Assembly (NCBI GenBank): GCA_039621445.1
Contig: CP154954.1
Coordinates: forward strand, 1,178,001-1,242,000
DNA length: 64,000 bases
Direction of reading: 5' to 3'
Source: Euglena gracilis
Lineage: Eukaryota
Below, piece after piece: positions 40,620 to 53,271 of this stretch. The notes under the pieces were generated by a model that made no database searches, was not told the DNA's origin, and worked only from the letters and a program-made list of their open reading frames with translations. Made by a program: the position numbers and the translations under genes. The stretch's first letter is position 1. Each line of letters starts with the position of its first letter.

Positions 40620-41107
40620 CAGCCTGTTATCCCTAGAGTAACTTTTATCTGTTTACGACGGCCTTTCCATACAGCACCGTCGGGTCACTAAGACCGACTT
40701 TAGTCTCTGTTTGACTTATAAGTCTCACAGTCAAGCTTTCTTATGCCTTTACACTCCACAACTAATTTCCGTCTAGCCTGAGAAAACCTTTGTACGCCTC
40801 CGTTACTTTTTAGGAGGCTACCGCCCCAGTAAAACTGCCCACCTGAAACTGTCAATTATCATGATTGTACATAAGATTAAGATTAGATTTCTAGCTTTCT
40901 CAGAGTGGTATCTCATTTTTCGGCTCCCCGTATCCCAAAAGACAAGATCATAGCCTCCCACCTATTCTGCGCAAAAAAAGCCCGAAACCAATTTCAGGAT
41001 ACAGTAAAGCTTCATAGGGTCTTTCTGTCCAAGTGCAAGTAGACCGCATCTTCACAGTCAATTCTATTTCACCGAGTCTCTTTCTGAGACAGTGTCCAAA
41101 TCGTTAA

Positions 41108-41160
<53 letters not shown>

Positions 41161-43080
41161 AATTATAGTTATTGCCGCTGTTCACAGGGGCTTCAGTCAC
41201 TAGCTTTGCTTACGCTAACCAATTTCTTTAACCTTCCTGCACTGAGCAGGCCTCGGCCCCCATACATCGTTTTTCAACTTCGCGGAGACCTGTGCTTTTG
41301 GTAAGCAGTCGCTTGGACCTCTTTTCTGCCACCTCATTAGAGGTACTTCTTCTTCCGAAGTTACGAAGTCATTTTGCCGAGTTCCTTAGAAAGAGTTATC
41401 TCGCGCTCCTTAGTATATTCTACTAACCTACCTGTGTCAGTTTACGGTACAGGCGAGCTCACTATACATAAACAAAAGTTTTTCTTGGAAACATGACATC
41501 AATCACTTTCAATACCGTAGTATTTATACTATTCAGGCCTTAAGACAAAATATTTTTTTTAATATTTGATACCTCTTGAACCCTTAAACCACAAACCATC
41601 ACGTGGCCGATCTAGCCTTTTTCGTCACTCCTTACAAGTGAGCATTCGGTACAGGAATATTAACCTGTCATCCATCAATTTACGTTGTTAAACCTTATTT
41701 TAGGACCTGACTAACCCTTAGAGGACGAACCTGGCTAAGGAAACCTTAGGTTTTCGGAGCATAGGATTTTCACCAATGTTTTCGTTACTTAAGCCGACAT
41801 TCTCACTTCTGTTTAATCCAGAACTATTTTCACTATTCCTTCTCTTCAACACAGAACGCTCTTCTACCGATTTCTCTCACACCTTCGGCAAATTACTTAG
41901 TCCCGTTCATTTTCGGCGCACTATCACTTGACCAGTAAGCTATTACGCACTTTTTAAAGGAATGGCTGCTTCTAAGCCAACCTCCTGGTTGTCTATGTAA
42001 TAGTACATCCTTTACCACTTAGTAATTATTTAGGGGCCTTAAGTAGTGATCTGGGCTGCTTCCCTCTTGACAATGAAGCTTATCCCCCACTGTCTCACTG
42101 ATTAATTGAAATATAACTTAGTATTCAGAGTTTGCCACAACTTGGTACCATTTTCATAGCCCGCATCGAAACAGTGCTTTACCCCTAATGTTTACCATAA
42201 TTAAACGCTGCGCCTCAACGCATTTCGAAGAGATCCAGCTAGCTCCAAGTTCGATTGGAATTTCTCCCCTAATCACAGTTCATCCCCCAATTTTTCAACA
42301 TTGGTGGGTTCGGTCCTCCATTCTGTTTTACCAAAACTTCAACCTGACCATGATTAGATCACCTGGGTTCGGGTCTATAAGCAATGACATAAACTTTCAA
42401 GAAGAAAGTTTTTCGCTTTATTTAAGCTCGATTTCACTATGGCTCCGGAAAAACCTTAACCTTGCCATCACCTATAAGTCGCCGGCTCATTCTTCAACAG
42501 GCACACAGTCAATCTTTAAATAGATCTCCTACTGCTTGTAAACTTATGCTTTCATATTCTATTTCACTCACTTCTCAGTGTTCTATTTCAGCTTTCCCTC
42601 ACGGTACTCGTACACTATCGGTCATTTAGGAGTATTTAGCCTTACGAGATGGTCCTCGCTGATTCACACAGAATTCCACGTGCTCTATGCTACTCGGGAA
42701 AATCAAAAATTACTTTTTAAAAACAAATACGGGATTTAAAACCCTCTTTGATTTTGTTTTCAACAAATTCTCTATCTTTTTCAGTAATTATAATATACCC
42801 ACAACACCCATAAAGGTTTAGGCTGATTTCCGTTAGCTCGCCACTAATAAGAAAATCGCTTTTGCTTTCTTTTCCTTCGGCTACTAAGATGTTTCAGTTC
42901 ACCAAGTTCTCTACATTATTTGTATACCATTTCATTGTAATGTTAAAGTAATAGGTTGCCCCATTCGGGAATCTTTAGATTAAAGCTCGTCTTTAGCTCC
43001 CTAAAGCATATCGTTAATTTCTACGCCCTTCTTCGACTCTAAATGCCAAGCAATCCCGCATAAGCCCTTGTTCATTTGAA
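40193..43080 (-). rRNA. rrl: 23S rRNA, operon 2
   Basis: Tandem repeat at +5919. Confidence 0.97.
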
Positions 43081-43098
43081 CCTACATCAAAACCTTTT

Positions 43099-43171
43099 TG
43101 GAGATAAGCGGACTCGAACCGCTGACATCTGCCTTGCAAAGGCAGCGCTCTACCAACTGAGCTATACCCCC
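43099..43171 (-). tRNA. trnA: tRNA-Ala(UGC)
   Basis: Identical copy. Confidence 0.96.
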
Positions 43172-43180
43172 AAAACCAAG

Positions 43181-43254
43181 AGGGCCATGCTAGACTTGAA
43201 CTAGCGACCTTACCCTTATCAAGGGTATGCTCTAACCAACTGAGCTAATAGCCC
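43181..43254 (-). tRNA. trnI: tRNA-Ile(GAU)
   Basis: Identical copy. Confidence 0.96.
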
Positions 43255-43340
43255 TCTTGGAAAAATAAGAGGTTTCCCTACTTATTTTTTTTATTTTTCA
43301 TTGTTTCCAATCTATACATTTTTTTAGTTAAAAAACTAAA

Positions 43341-43459
43341 GGGAGTTGTTCCAGCCACACCTTCCAGTACGGCTACCTTGTTACGACTTCACCCCAGTCA
43401 CCAGCCAGGCCTTAGGTATTTCCCTCTTTTCAGGCAAGATAATAACTTCGGGCACAGCC

Positions 43460-43497
<38 letters not shown>

Positions 43498-43753
43498 AGA
43501 ACGTATTCACCGCCGTATAGCTGACCGGCGATTACTAGCGATTCCGGCTTCATGTAGGCGAGTTTCAGCCTACAATCCGAACTTAGGCTAAGTTTTAAGA
43601 TTAGCTCATTTTCACAAAATTGCAACTTATTGTCTTAACCATTGTAGCACGTGTGTAGCCCAGGATATAAGGGGCATGATGACTTGACGTCGTCCTCACC
43701 TTCCTCCGGTAATAACCAGCAGTATTTCTAAATGACAAGCGTTAATTAAAAAA

Positions 43754-43818
<65 letters not shown>

Positions 43819-43886
43819 CCACCTGTGTCTAGATACCCGAAGGTACTGCGTTCTTTCAAACTTCCTCCTAGATCCTGTCAAATCCT

Positions 43887-43967
<81 letters not shown>

Positions 43968-44060
43968 CTTGTGCAAGCGTACTCCCCAGGCGGGATACTT
44001 AACGTGTTAACTACAGCAGTGCACTTTCAGCACCACTTAGTATCCATAGTTTACGGCCAA

Positions 44061-44092
<32 letters not shown>

Positions 44093-44836
44093 TCAGCTTT
44101 CGTTTCTCAGCGTCAGTATTGGCCTAGAAAAGTGCCTTCGCCATTGGTGTTCTTTCCAATCTCTACGCATTTCACCGCTACACTGGAAATTCCCTTCACC
44201 CCTACCATACTCAAGTCTAGCAGTTTTTAATGCCCTTCCAAAGTTAAGCTTTGACTTTTAACATTAAACACACTTGACCGCCTACAAACTCTTTACGCCC
44301 AATAATTCCGGATAACGCTCGCATCTCCCGTATTACCGCGGCTGCTGGCACGGAATTAGCCGATGCTTATTCCTCAAATACCGTCATTTCTTCTTCTTTG
44401 AGAAAAGAAGTTTACAACCCAAAGGCCGTCTTCCTTCACGCGGTATTGCTCCGTCAGGCTTGCGCCCATTGCGGAAAATTCCTCACTGCTGCCTTCCGTA
44501 GAAGTCTGTTCCGTTCTCAATCCCAGTGTGGCTGATCATCCTCTCAAATCAGCTACTGATCGTCGCCTTGGTAAGCCTTTACCTCACCAACAAGCTAATC
44601 AGATGCAAGCTCATGCCTAGGCGAAATTCTCTTTAACTAGCTACTCACATAGATCTAGTAAATTATGAGGCATTAGCAAACGTTTCCATCTGTTATTCCT
44701 CACCCAAGCGCAGATTCTTACATATTACTCACCCGTCCGCCACTAAATTACTATTGCTAGTAATTTCGTTCAACTTGCATGTGTTAAGCATACCGCCAGC
44801 GTTCACCCTGAGCAAGGATCAAACTCGTCATTTCCA
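43341..44836 (-). rRNA. rrs: 16S rRNA, operon 2
   Basis: Universal 16S motifs. Confidence 0.98.
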
Positions 44837-44916
44837 AAACATCAAAGTTGGTCAAATCCTCTCACCCTCTTGGTGACCAAGCAAGGGGCACATTTACTAT
44901 AATGTGCCCACTAAAA

Positions 44917-45067
44917 GCGCGCTTTGTAGGATTCGAACCTACTACATCAGGTTTTGGAGACCTACGCCTTAGGATTTTAAAGAAAAGAAATATTTGGCTA
45001 ATACAAGGATTCAATCCACGACCCTACCCTTATCAAAGGTATTCTATAATAATAAAAGATAATAGTG
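44917..45067 (-). pseudogene. pseudo-trnW and pseudo-trnI leader, operon 2
   Basis: Copy of 38997-39147. Confidence 0.8.
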
Positions 45068-45918
45068 ATCTTTGAAAAATAAAAAATTTTCCTTTTGATT
45101 TTTTTATTTTTTAAAATTTATACGGTATTTTAATTAAAAATAAAAAATTGTCCCAGCCACACGTTAAAGTACGGAAAAATTTACACTAGGAATTAAGCTA
45201 AGTTATTTCTTGTGAATGAAAAGAATTCACAAGATCAGGGATAAAAGCATAACACCTAAACTGTGCGCATGAGCATTTACGTATGAAAGTCTAGGAACCT
45301 TACCTTAATATTTTTCAATATCACAAAATATAGGGTACTCAGCAGCAATATAAGAAGTATAAAGACATTTTGGTCTCTTGTAGCATTTTATAAATATTCG
45401 TCCAAATCGACAATGAACGACACGCTTCTTACTAGCAAAAAATTTACAACTAAAAAGCACACACATAACACAAAGAACCAAATACAAAGTAGCAATAACT
45501 ATAATGTACAACAAAATAAAACTCTTATCAGAAGATTACCTAATATTCTCACTATGATTCAACCTATCTTGTTGAATTTTGTGATTAATCTTTTATATTA
45601 GCGAAGAAACATAGTCATTTTCCAAACACTCGAGGATATTATTCATATCGTTTAAAATTTTAAAAGAAAAATATTACGAAATTCACTGATTTCTATAAAC
45701 AGATTGTCTTATTTTTTCGGAAGCATCATGTTTTGGCCAAAAAAATTCAAACTTAAAGGAAACGTGGTTTGACAAATTCCTTGGTTTAATTATACCACAA
45801 TACATTTATCCATGCAATAAAACACTAACGTAACGGCAGTCATAAAAATTACTCGAAAATCGAGTTAATATTAATAAATAAACTCACTAAGAGACAATTA
45901 AATAAATTAAACTTCCCA

Positions 45919-46035
45919 TAAGGGCACTAAAATCTTTTCCCGGAAAGTAACCTTTCAAGTATCTATTTACCCTTTATGTTTAACTTGCAAGTTCGAAATG
46001 TTTTAAGTGGATCCATAAAGACAAGAGCACCCTAA
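45919..46035 (-). rRNA. rrf: 5S rRNA, operon 3
   Basis: Same allele as operon 2. Confidence 0.9.
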
Positions 46036-46110
46036 AATAAAAGTTCATTCAAGAAACTTTTAAATCTTAAAAAAGTGACAAGTAAAAATAAATGTTTTGT
46101 TTTCATATAG

Positions 46111-46425
46111 GAAAAAATTTTCGGTCGGTTAGTATATCTCGGCTAAAATTGTTACCAATTGTACACCTAATACCTATCAAACGGTTCGTCTTACCGTGAC
46201 CTATGAAGAGTACTTATCTTAAGGTGGGCTTCCTACTTATATGCTTTCAGCAGTTATCCACTCCGCACTTGACTACCCAGCGTATTCTGTTGGCACAAAA
46301 ACTGGTACATCAGTGGTGCGTCCTTCCCGGTCCTCTCGTACTAAGGAAAGCGCCTTTCAATACTCTAACGCTCACACCGGATATGGACCGAACTGTCTCT
46401 CGACGTTCTGAACCCAGCTCACGTA

Positions 46426-46460
<35 letters not shown>

Positions 46461-46477
46461 GTACTACCGCCCCAGGT

Positions 46478-46537
<60 letters not shown>

Positions 46538-47025
46538 CAGCCTGTTATCCCTAGAGTAACTTTTATCTGTTTACGACGGCCTTTCCATACAGCACCGTCG
46601 GGTCACTAAGACCGACTTTAGTCTCTGTTTGACTTATAAGTCTCACAGTCAAGCTTTCTTATGCCTTTACACTCCACAACTAATTTCCGTCTAGCCTGAG
46701 AAAACCTTTGTACGCCTCCGTTACTTTTTAGGAGGCTACCGCCCCAGTAAAACTGCCCGCCTGAAACTGTCAATTATCATGATTGTACATAAGATTAAGA
46801 TTAGATTTCTAGCTTTCTCAGAGTGGTATCTCATTTTTCGGCTCCCCGTATCCCAAAAGACAAGATCATAGCCTCCCACCTATTCTGCGCAAAAAAAGCC
46901 CGAAACCAATTTCAGGATACAGTAAAGCTTCATAGGGTCTTTCTGTCCAAGTGCAAGTAGACCGCATCTTCACAGTCAATTCTATTTCACCGAGTCTCTT
47001 TCTGAGACAGTGTCCAAATCGTTAA

Positions 47026-47078
<53 letters not shown>

Positions 47079-48997
47079 AATTATAGTTATTGCCGCTGTT
47101 CACAGGGGCTTCAGTCACTAGCTTTGCTTACGCTAACCAATTTCTTTAACCTTCCTGCACTGAGCAGGCCTCGGCCCCCATACATGGTTTTTCAACTTCG
47201 CGGAGACCTGTGCTTTTGGTAAGCAGTCGCTTGGACCTCTTTTCTGCCACCTCATTAGAGGTACTTCTTCTTCCGAAGTTACGAAGTCATTTTGCCGAGT
47301 TCCTTAGAAAGAGTTATCTCGCGCTCCTTAGTATATTCTACTAACCTACCTGTGTCAGTTTACGGTACAGGCGAGCTCACTATACATAAACAAAAGTTTT
47401 TCTTGGAAACATGACATCAATCACTTTCAATACCGTAGTATTTATACTATTCAGGCCTTAAGACAAAATATTTTTTTAATATTTGATACCTCTTGAACCC
47501 TTAAACCACAAACCATCACGTGGCCGATCTAGCCTTTTTCGTCACTCCTTACAAGTGAGCATTCGGTACAGGAATATTAACCTGTCATCCATCAATTTAC
47601 GTTGTTAAACCTTATTTTAGGACCTGACTAACCCTTAGAGGACGAACCTGGCTAAGGAAACCTTAGGTTTTCGGAGCATAGGATTTTCACCAATGTTTTC
47701 GTTACTTAAGCCGACATTCTCACTTCTGTTTAATCCAGAACTATTTTCACTATTCCTTCTCTTCAACACAGAACGCTCTTCTACCGATTTCTCTCACACC
47801 TTCGGCAAATTACTTAGTCCCGTTCATTTTCGGCGCACTATCACTTGACCAGTAAGCTATTACGCACTTTTTAAAGGAATGGCTGCTTCTAAGCCAACCT
47901 CCTGGTTGTCTATGTAATAGTACATCCTTTACCACTTAGTAATTATTTAGGGGCCTTAAGTAGTGATCTGGGCTGTTTCCCTCTTGACAATGAAGCTTAT
48001 CCCCCACTGTCTCACTGATTAATTGAAATATAACTTAGTATTCAGAGTTTGCCACAACTTGGTACCATTTTCATAGCCCGCATCGAAACAGTGCTTTACC
48101 CCTAATGTTTACCATAATTAAACGCTGCGCCTCAACGCATTTCGAAGAGATCCAGCTAGCTCCAAGTTCGATTGGAATTTCTCCCCTAATCACAGTTCAT
48201 CCCCCAATTTTTCAACATTGGTGGGTTCGGTCCTCCATTCTGTTTTACCAAAACTTCAACCTGACCATGATTAGATCACCTGGGTTCGGGTCTATAAGCA
48301 ATGACATAAACTTTCAAGAAGAAAGTTTTTCGCTTTATTTAAGCTCGATTTCACTATGGCTCCGGAAAAACCTTAACCTTGCCATCACCTATAAGTCGCC
48401 GGCTCATTCTTCAACAGGCACACAGTCAATCTTTAAATAGATCTCCTACTGCTTGTAAACTTATGCTTTCATATTCTATTTCACTCACTTCTCAGTGTTC
48501 TATTTCAGCTTTCCCTCACGGTACTCGTACACTATCGGTCATTTAGGAGTATTTAGCCTTACGAGATGGTCCTCGCTGATTCACACAGAATTCCACGTGC
48601 TCTATGCTACTCGGGAAAATCAAAAATTACTTTTTAAAAACAAATACGGGATTTAAAACCCTCTTTGATTTTGTTTTCAACAAATTCTCTATCTTTTTCA
48701 GTAATTATAATATACCCACAACACCCATAAAGGTTTAGGCTGATTTCCGTTAGCTCGCCACTAATAAGAAAATCGCTTTTGCTTTCTTTTCCTTCGGCTA
48801 CTAAGATGTTTCAGTTCACCAAGTTCTCTACATTATTTGTATACCATTTCATTGTAATGTTAAAGTAATAGGTTGCCCCATTCGGGAATCTTTAGATTAA
48901 AGCTCGTCTTTAGCTCCCTAAAGCATATCGTTAATTTCTACGCCCTTCTTCGACTCTAAATGCCAAGCAATCCCGCATAAGCCCTTGTTCATTTGAA
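46111..48997 (-). rRNA. rrl: 23S rRNA, operon 3
   Basis: Tandem repeat at +5918. Confidence 0.97.
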
Positions 48998-49015
48998 CCT
49001 ACATCAAAACCTTTT

Positions 49016-49088
49016 TGGAGATAAGCGGACTCGAACCGCTGACATCTGCCTTGCAAAGGCAGCGCTCTACCAACTGAGCTATACCCCC
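49016..49088 (-). tRNA. trnA: tRNA-Ala(UGC)
   Basis: Identical copy. Confidence 0.96.
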
Positions 49089-49097
49089 AAAACCAAG

Positions 49098-49171
49098 AGG
49101 GCCATGCTAGACTTGAACTAGCGACCTTACCCTTATCAAGGGTATGCTCTAACCAACTGAGCTAATAGCCC
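49098..49171 (-). tRNA. trnI: tRNA-Ile(GAU)
   Basis: Identical copy. Confidence 0.96.
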
Positions 49172-49257
49172 TCTTGGAAAAATAAGAGGTTTCCCTACTT
49201 ATTTTTTTTATTTTTCATTGTTTTCAATCTATACATTTTTTTAGTTAAAAAACTAAA

Positions 49258-49377
49258 GGGAGTTGTTCCAGCCACACCTTCCAGTACGGCTACCTTGTTA
49301 CGACTTCACCCCAGTCACCAGCCAGGCCTTAGGTATTTCCCTCTTTTCAGGCAAGATAATAACTTCGGGCACAGCCA

Positions 49378-49414
<37 letters not shown>

Positions 49415-49674
49415 AGAACGTATTCACCGCCGTATAGCTGACCGGCGATTACTAGCGATTCCGGCTTCATGTAGGCGAGTTTCAGCCTACAATCCGAACT
49501 TAGGCTAAGTTTTAAGATTAGCTCATTTTCACAAAATTGCAACTTATTGTCTTAACCATTGTAGCACGTGTGTAGCCCAGGATATAAGGGGCATGATGAC
49601 TTGACGTCGTCCTCACCTTCCTCTGGTAATAACCAGCAGTATTTCTAAATGACAAGCGTTAATTAAAAAAAAGG

Positions 49675-49726
<52 letters not shown>

Positions 49727-49794
49727 CCACCTGTGTCTAGATACCCGAAGGTACTGCGTTCTTTCAAACTTCCTCCTAGATCCTGTCAAATCCT

Positions 49795-49875
<81 letters not shown>

Positions 49876-49968
49876 CTTGTGCAAGCGTACTCCCCAGGCG
49901 GGATACTTAACGTGTTAACTACAGCAGTGCACTTTCAGCACCACTTAGTATCCATAGTTTACGGCCAA

Positions 49969-50000
<32 letters not shown>

Positions 50001-50744
50001 TCAGCTTTCGTTTCTCAGCGTCAGTATTGGCCTAGAAAAGTGCCTTCGCCATTGGTGTTCTTTCCAATCTCTACGCATTTCACCGCTACACTGGAAATTC
50101 CCTTCACCCCTACCATACTCAAGTCTAGCAGTTTTTAATGCCCTTCCAAAGTTAAGCTTTGACTTTTAACATTAAACACACTTGACCGCCTACAAACTCT
50201 TTACGCCCAATAATTCCGGATAACGCTCGCATCTCCCGTATTACCGCGGCTGCTGGCACGGAATTAGCCGATGCTTATTCCTCAAATACCGTCATTTCTT
50301 CTTCTTTGAGAAAAGAAGTTTACAACCCAAAGGCCTTCTTCCTTCACGCGGTATTGCTCCGTCAGGCTTGCGCCCATTGCGGAAAATTCCTCACTGCTGC
50401 CTTCCGTAAAAGTCTGTTCCGTTCTCAATCCCAGTGTGGCTGATCATCCTCTCAAATCAGCTACTGATCGTCGCCTTGGTAAGCCTTTACCTCACCAACA
50501 AGCTAATCAGATGCAAGCTCATGCCTAGGCGAAATTCTCTTTAACTAGCTACTCACATAGATCTAGTAAATTATGAGGCATTAGCAAACGTTTCCATCTG
50601 TTATTCCTCACCCAAGCGCAGATTCTTACATATTACTCACCCGTCCGCCACTAAATTACTATTGCTAGTAATTTCGTTCAACTTGCATGTGTTAAGCATA
50701 CCGCCAGCGTTCACCCTGAGCAAGGATCAAACTCGTCATTTCCA
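49258..50744 (-). rRNA. rrs: 16S rRNA, operon 3, divergent allele with a 9-nt deletion (possibly non-functional)
   Basis: 16S motifs present; lacks GAGCGCAAC at 49680/49681 and has several private substitutions. Confidence 0.92.
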
Positions 50745-50824
50745 AAACATCAAAGTTGGTCAAATCCTTTCACCCTCTTGGTGACCAAGCAAGGGGCACA
50801 TTTACTATAATGTGTACACTAAAA

Positions 50825-50879
50825 GCGCGCTTTGTAGGATTCGAACCTACTACATCAGGTTTTGGAGACCTACGCCTTA
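50825..50879 (-). pseudogene. pseudo-trnW(CCA), 3' part
   Basis: Identical to the other leaders. Confidence 0.85.
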
Positions 50880-50949
50880 CAATTTTAACGAAAAGCAATA
50901 TTTAGCTATGCTTAACACATGCAAGTTGAACGAAAGGCTTTAATCCACG

Positions 50950-51874
50950 ACCCTACCTTTATCAAAGATATTCCATAATAAGCAGTTAACGTCGTTTCTA
51001 AAGAGTTGAACATGTTTTTTATCTCATTTACATTTTGATATTCAAGGATATTTGAGTTGACAAAAATTATCGCATCATAATGATAAGTATTGTTTAATTT
51101 CAGTAAATCCTTGGATTTCTTAACTACTAAAGGATAAAAGCCTTTAAATTGCAAATAAGATTCGAAAAAATCGATTAAATATCTATGTTCACTGCCTAAA
51201 ATTAAAAATACCTTATTTTTACCCATATTTAGATGGGATTCATAAATATCCAACATCCACCTTAAGTCTTTGGGTATTATGTATTCATTAAAATTAATTT
51301 TTTATTTCACACCTAATCTCGTACTTAAATATATGTTTCTTAATTGACGTTCAATAGCGTCGCCCTTATATACAAATTCTGAAGGTTTTTCTTTTTCAAA
51401 CAGTAACATAGCATTTTCTATGTCCCCTTTTTTCACTAATTCAATCATCCTTTCTTCCAAAGGAAGATATTGAAAATATTTACCATATTTTTTAAGAATT
51501 GATTCCGAAGCCATGAAATTTTCTGAAGCATCCACAAAGTTAAATATTTGTTTTATTAAATAGTCGAGCAAATCTTTCTCATTGTTAACTCTGGCCTATA
51601 AATTTTAGAATCAATAGATATATCGAAAAAATTTGCCAATTTAGTATCGACTTCTTTAATAAAATACGAATGCACATGAGGGTCCACCTGTTCTATGAAA
51701 TTCTCGTACTAACGCATAATCAACTAATCCATATTTAACCTCAATAGTGAGAATACTTATCAAAATCCTGATAAGGTACTTCCTTAATATTTACTCCCTA
51801 TAAGTTTTTAATAAGTCAATTTTAAATTTATTAATTTAATAAGGTAAAAAGTAGGCAAACTCACTATACTCCAT
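50950..51874 (-). pseudogene. rep: disrupted rolling-circle replication initiator (geminivirus/CRESS-plasmid-like Rep: HUH endonuclease plus degenerate SF3 helicase)
   Basis: Manual translation gives motif I-like YFLPY (51853-51839), VREFHRTG/PHVH (HUH at 51678-51670), GRS-like NFFDI..IYRP, motif III DYLIK (51565-51551), then FLILG, DAIIFVN and YYG..IKVG in the expected order. Three stops and two frameshifts. Confidence 0.8.
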
Positions 51875-52215
51875 CAAAAAAAACGCCAATTATTCTACAA
51901 ATTGACATTGATAAAAAAGCATATTTAAATAAGTGATAGAATAATCACATTTTCCATGACACTATATTTTAATTAATCGATTTTTTTGACACGCTTTAAG
52001 AAAAATATTCTACTTCTACTACGTTTAAAATATGCCCATTTTCAATGATAAAAAAAAAAAAGCTTTCAACTAAATTTTTGGTCCAGGTTTTTTTCATCAT
52101 ATTGTGCTTTATAAGAACAATATTTTTTATAAATTTTTTTTACTGTTAAATTGATTTTTGTATTATTTAAATTTTTTTCTTCTTTTTTTGTCATACTTTT
52201 CTCCCTATATAAAAA

Positions 52216-53271
52216 TCAAAAACAAGGCAATGAAGACCGAATCTGCCGTAAATCGACATTTTCACAAGCTCTTTTTCTAAAGTTTTTAACCATTATATCT
52301 AACTGTTCTTCACCATAAATTTCTTTGTTCACTAAAGTATATAATTCAAATTTATCAATTTTTTTATTTTTTGCTTTTTCTAGAAAAAAAATAAGAAGCA
52401 TTTCCACAAAAATCCAGTTAAAATCCCAGTTTTTATAATTATCGTTTTTTAAAGAATTATGTTTATAAAACTTAGAAGCTTGCTTAAATAAAAAAATATT
52501 AGAAATATTAGAATTTGAGATACTATTTTCTAATACTGCGACTTCAGATATATACTTCAACAACATAGAACGAAGTTTTATTGCATCGTTTTTACTCGTT
52601 AAAAAAAACAAATTTTTGTACTCTATTATATATTTTTCAATGATGTTTAAAAATTGATCATTAGCTTTCAAAACATTAAAATGATCGTGTAAAAAATTAT
52701 TAGAATCATTTATTTCTAATTCCTTTTTCTCTTCTGTTATTTTTTCTTTCACTTTTAAATAATTTTCTGAGGAATTGGAAATCAATTTAGAAAAAAACGA
52801 AGGAAAACAATGATCTTTTCGCGCACGACTTAATAAATTATTTTTAATAACAAAATCAAAACTTAAAGAATTTTTTAAACCATTTTCAAACCTTGGAACA
52901 CCTGACCAACAAACTTCAATGTTTTTATTCCCTGTTTTAGAAAAAAAATTATCAAGTGAAGTTTTACTACTCGATCCCTTTTCTACAATAACAGAATTTT
53001 TTTCAAAAGAAAATAATTTTTTAAGACCATGCCTTCGGTAATTTTTATTAAATTCTATATAGACCTCTATAGTCACTTCACAAAAGTTGTTTAAATTATT
53101 TTCAGACAAATCAAAACCATAAATAATAAAAGAAATAGAGTTATAATTAATTAACTCTTTCCACTTTTTGATGAATAATAAGTTAAAATCCTCAAAACTA
53201 CCGAACCCTGTTTTAATAAAAACATGCCAGTTTTTTCCTGGAACCATTGAATACATAATAAAATCTCCCAT
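52216..53271 (-). CDS. hypothetical protein, 351 aa (probably the Euglena plastid ORF of ~350 codons near the origin region)
   Basis: Long open frame in very AT-rich DNA; N-terminus MGDFIMYSMVPGKNW is shared with neighbouring paralogs; no domain recognised. Confidence 0.7.
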   Translation of the reverse strand: MGDFIMYSMVPGKNWHVFIKTGFGSFEDFNLLFIKKWKELINYNSISFIIYGFDLSENNLNNFCEVTIEVYIEFNKNYRRHGLKKLFSFEKNSVIVEKGSSSKTSLDNFFSKTGNKNIEVCWSGVPRFENGLKNSLSFDFVIKNNLLSRARKDHCFPSFFSKLISNSSENYLKVKEKITEEKKELEINDSNNFLHDHFNVLKANDQFLNIIEKYIIEYKNLFFLTSKNDAIKLRSMLLKYISEVAVLENSISNSNISNIFLFKQASKFYKHNSLKNDNYKNWDFNWIFVEMLLIFFLEKAKNKKIDKFELYTLVNKEIYGEEQLDIMVKNFRKRACENVDLRQIRSSLPCF

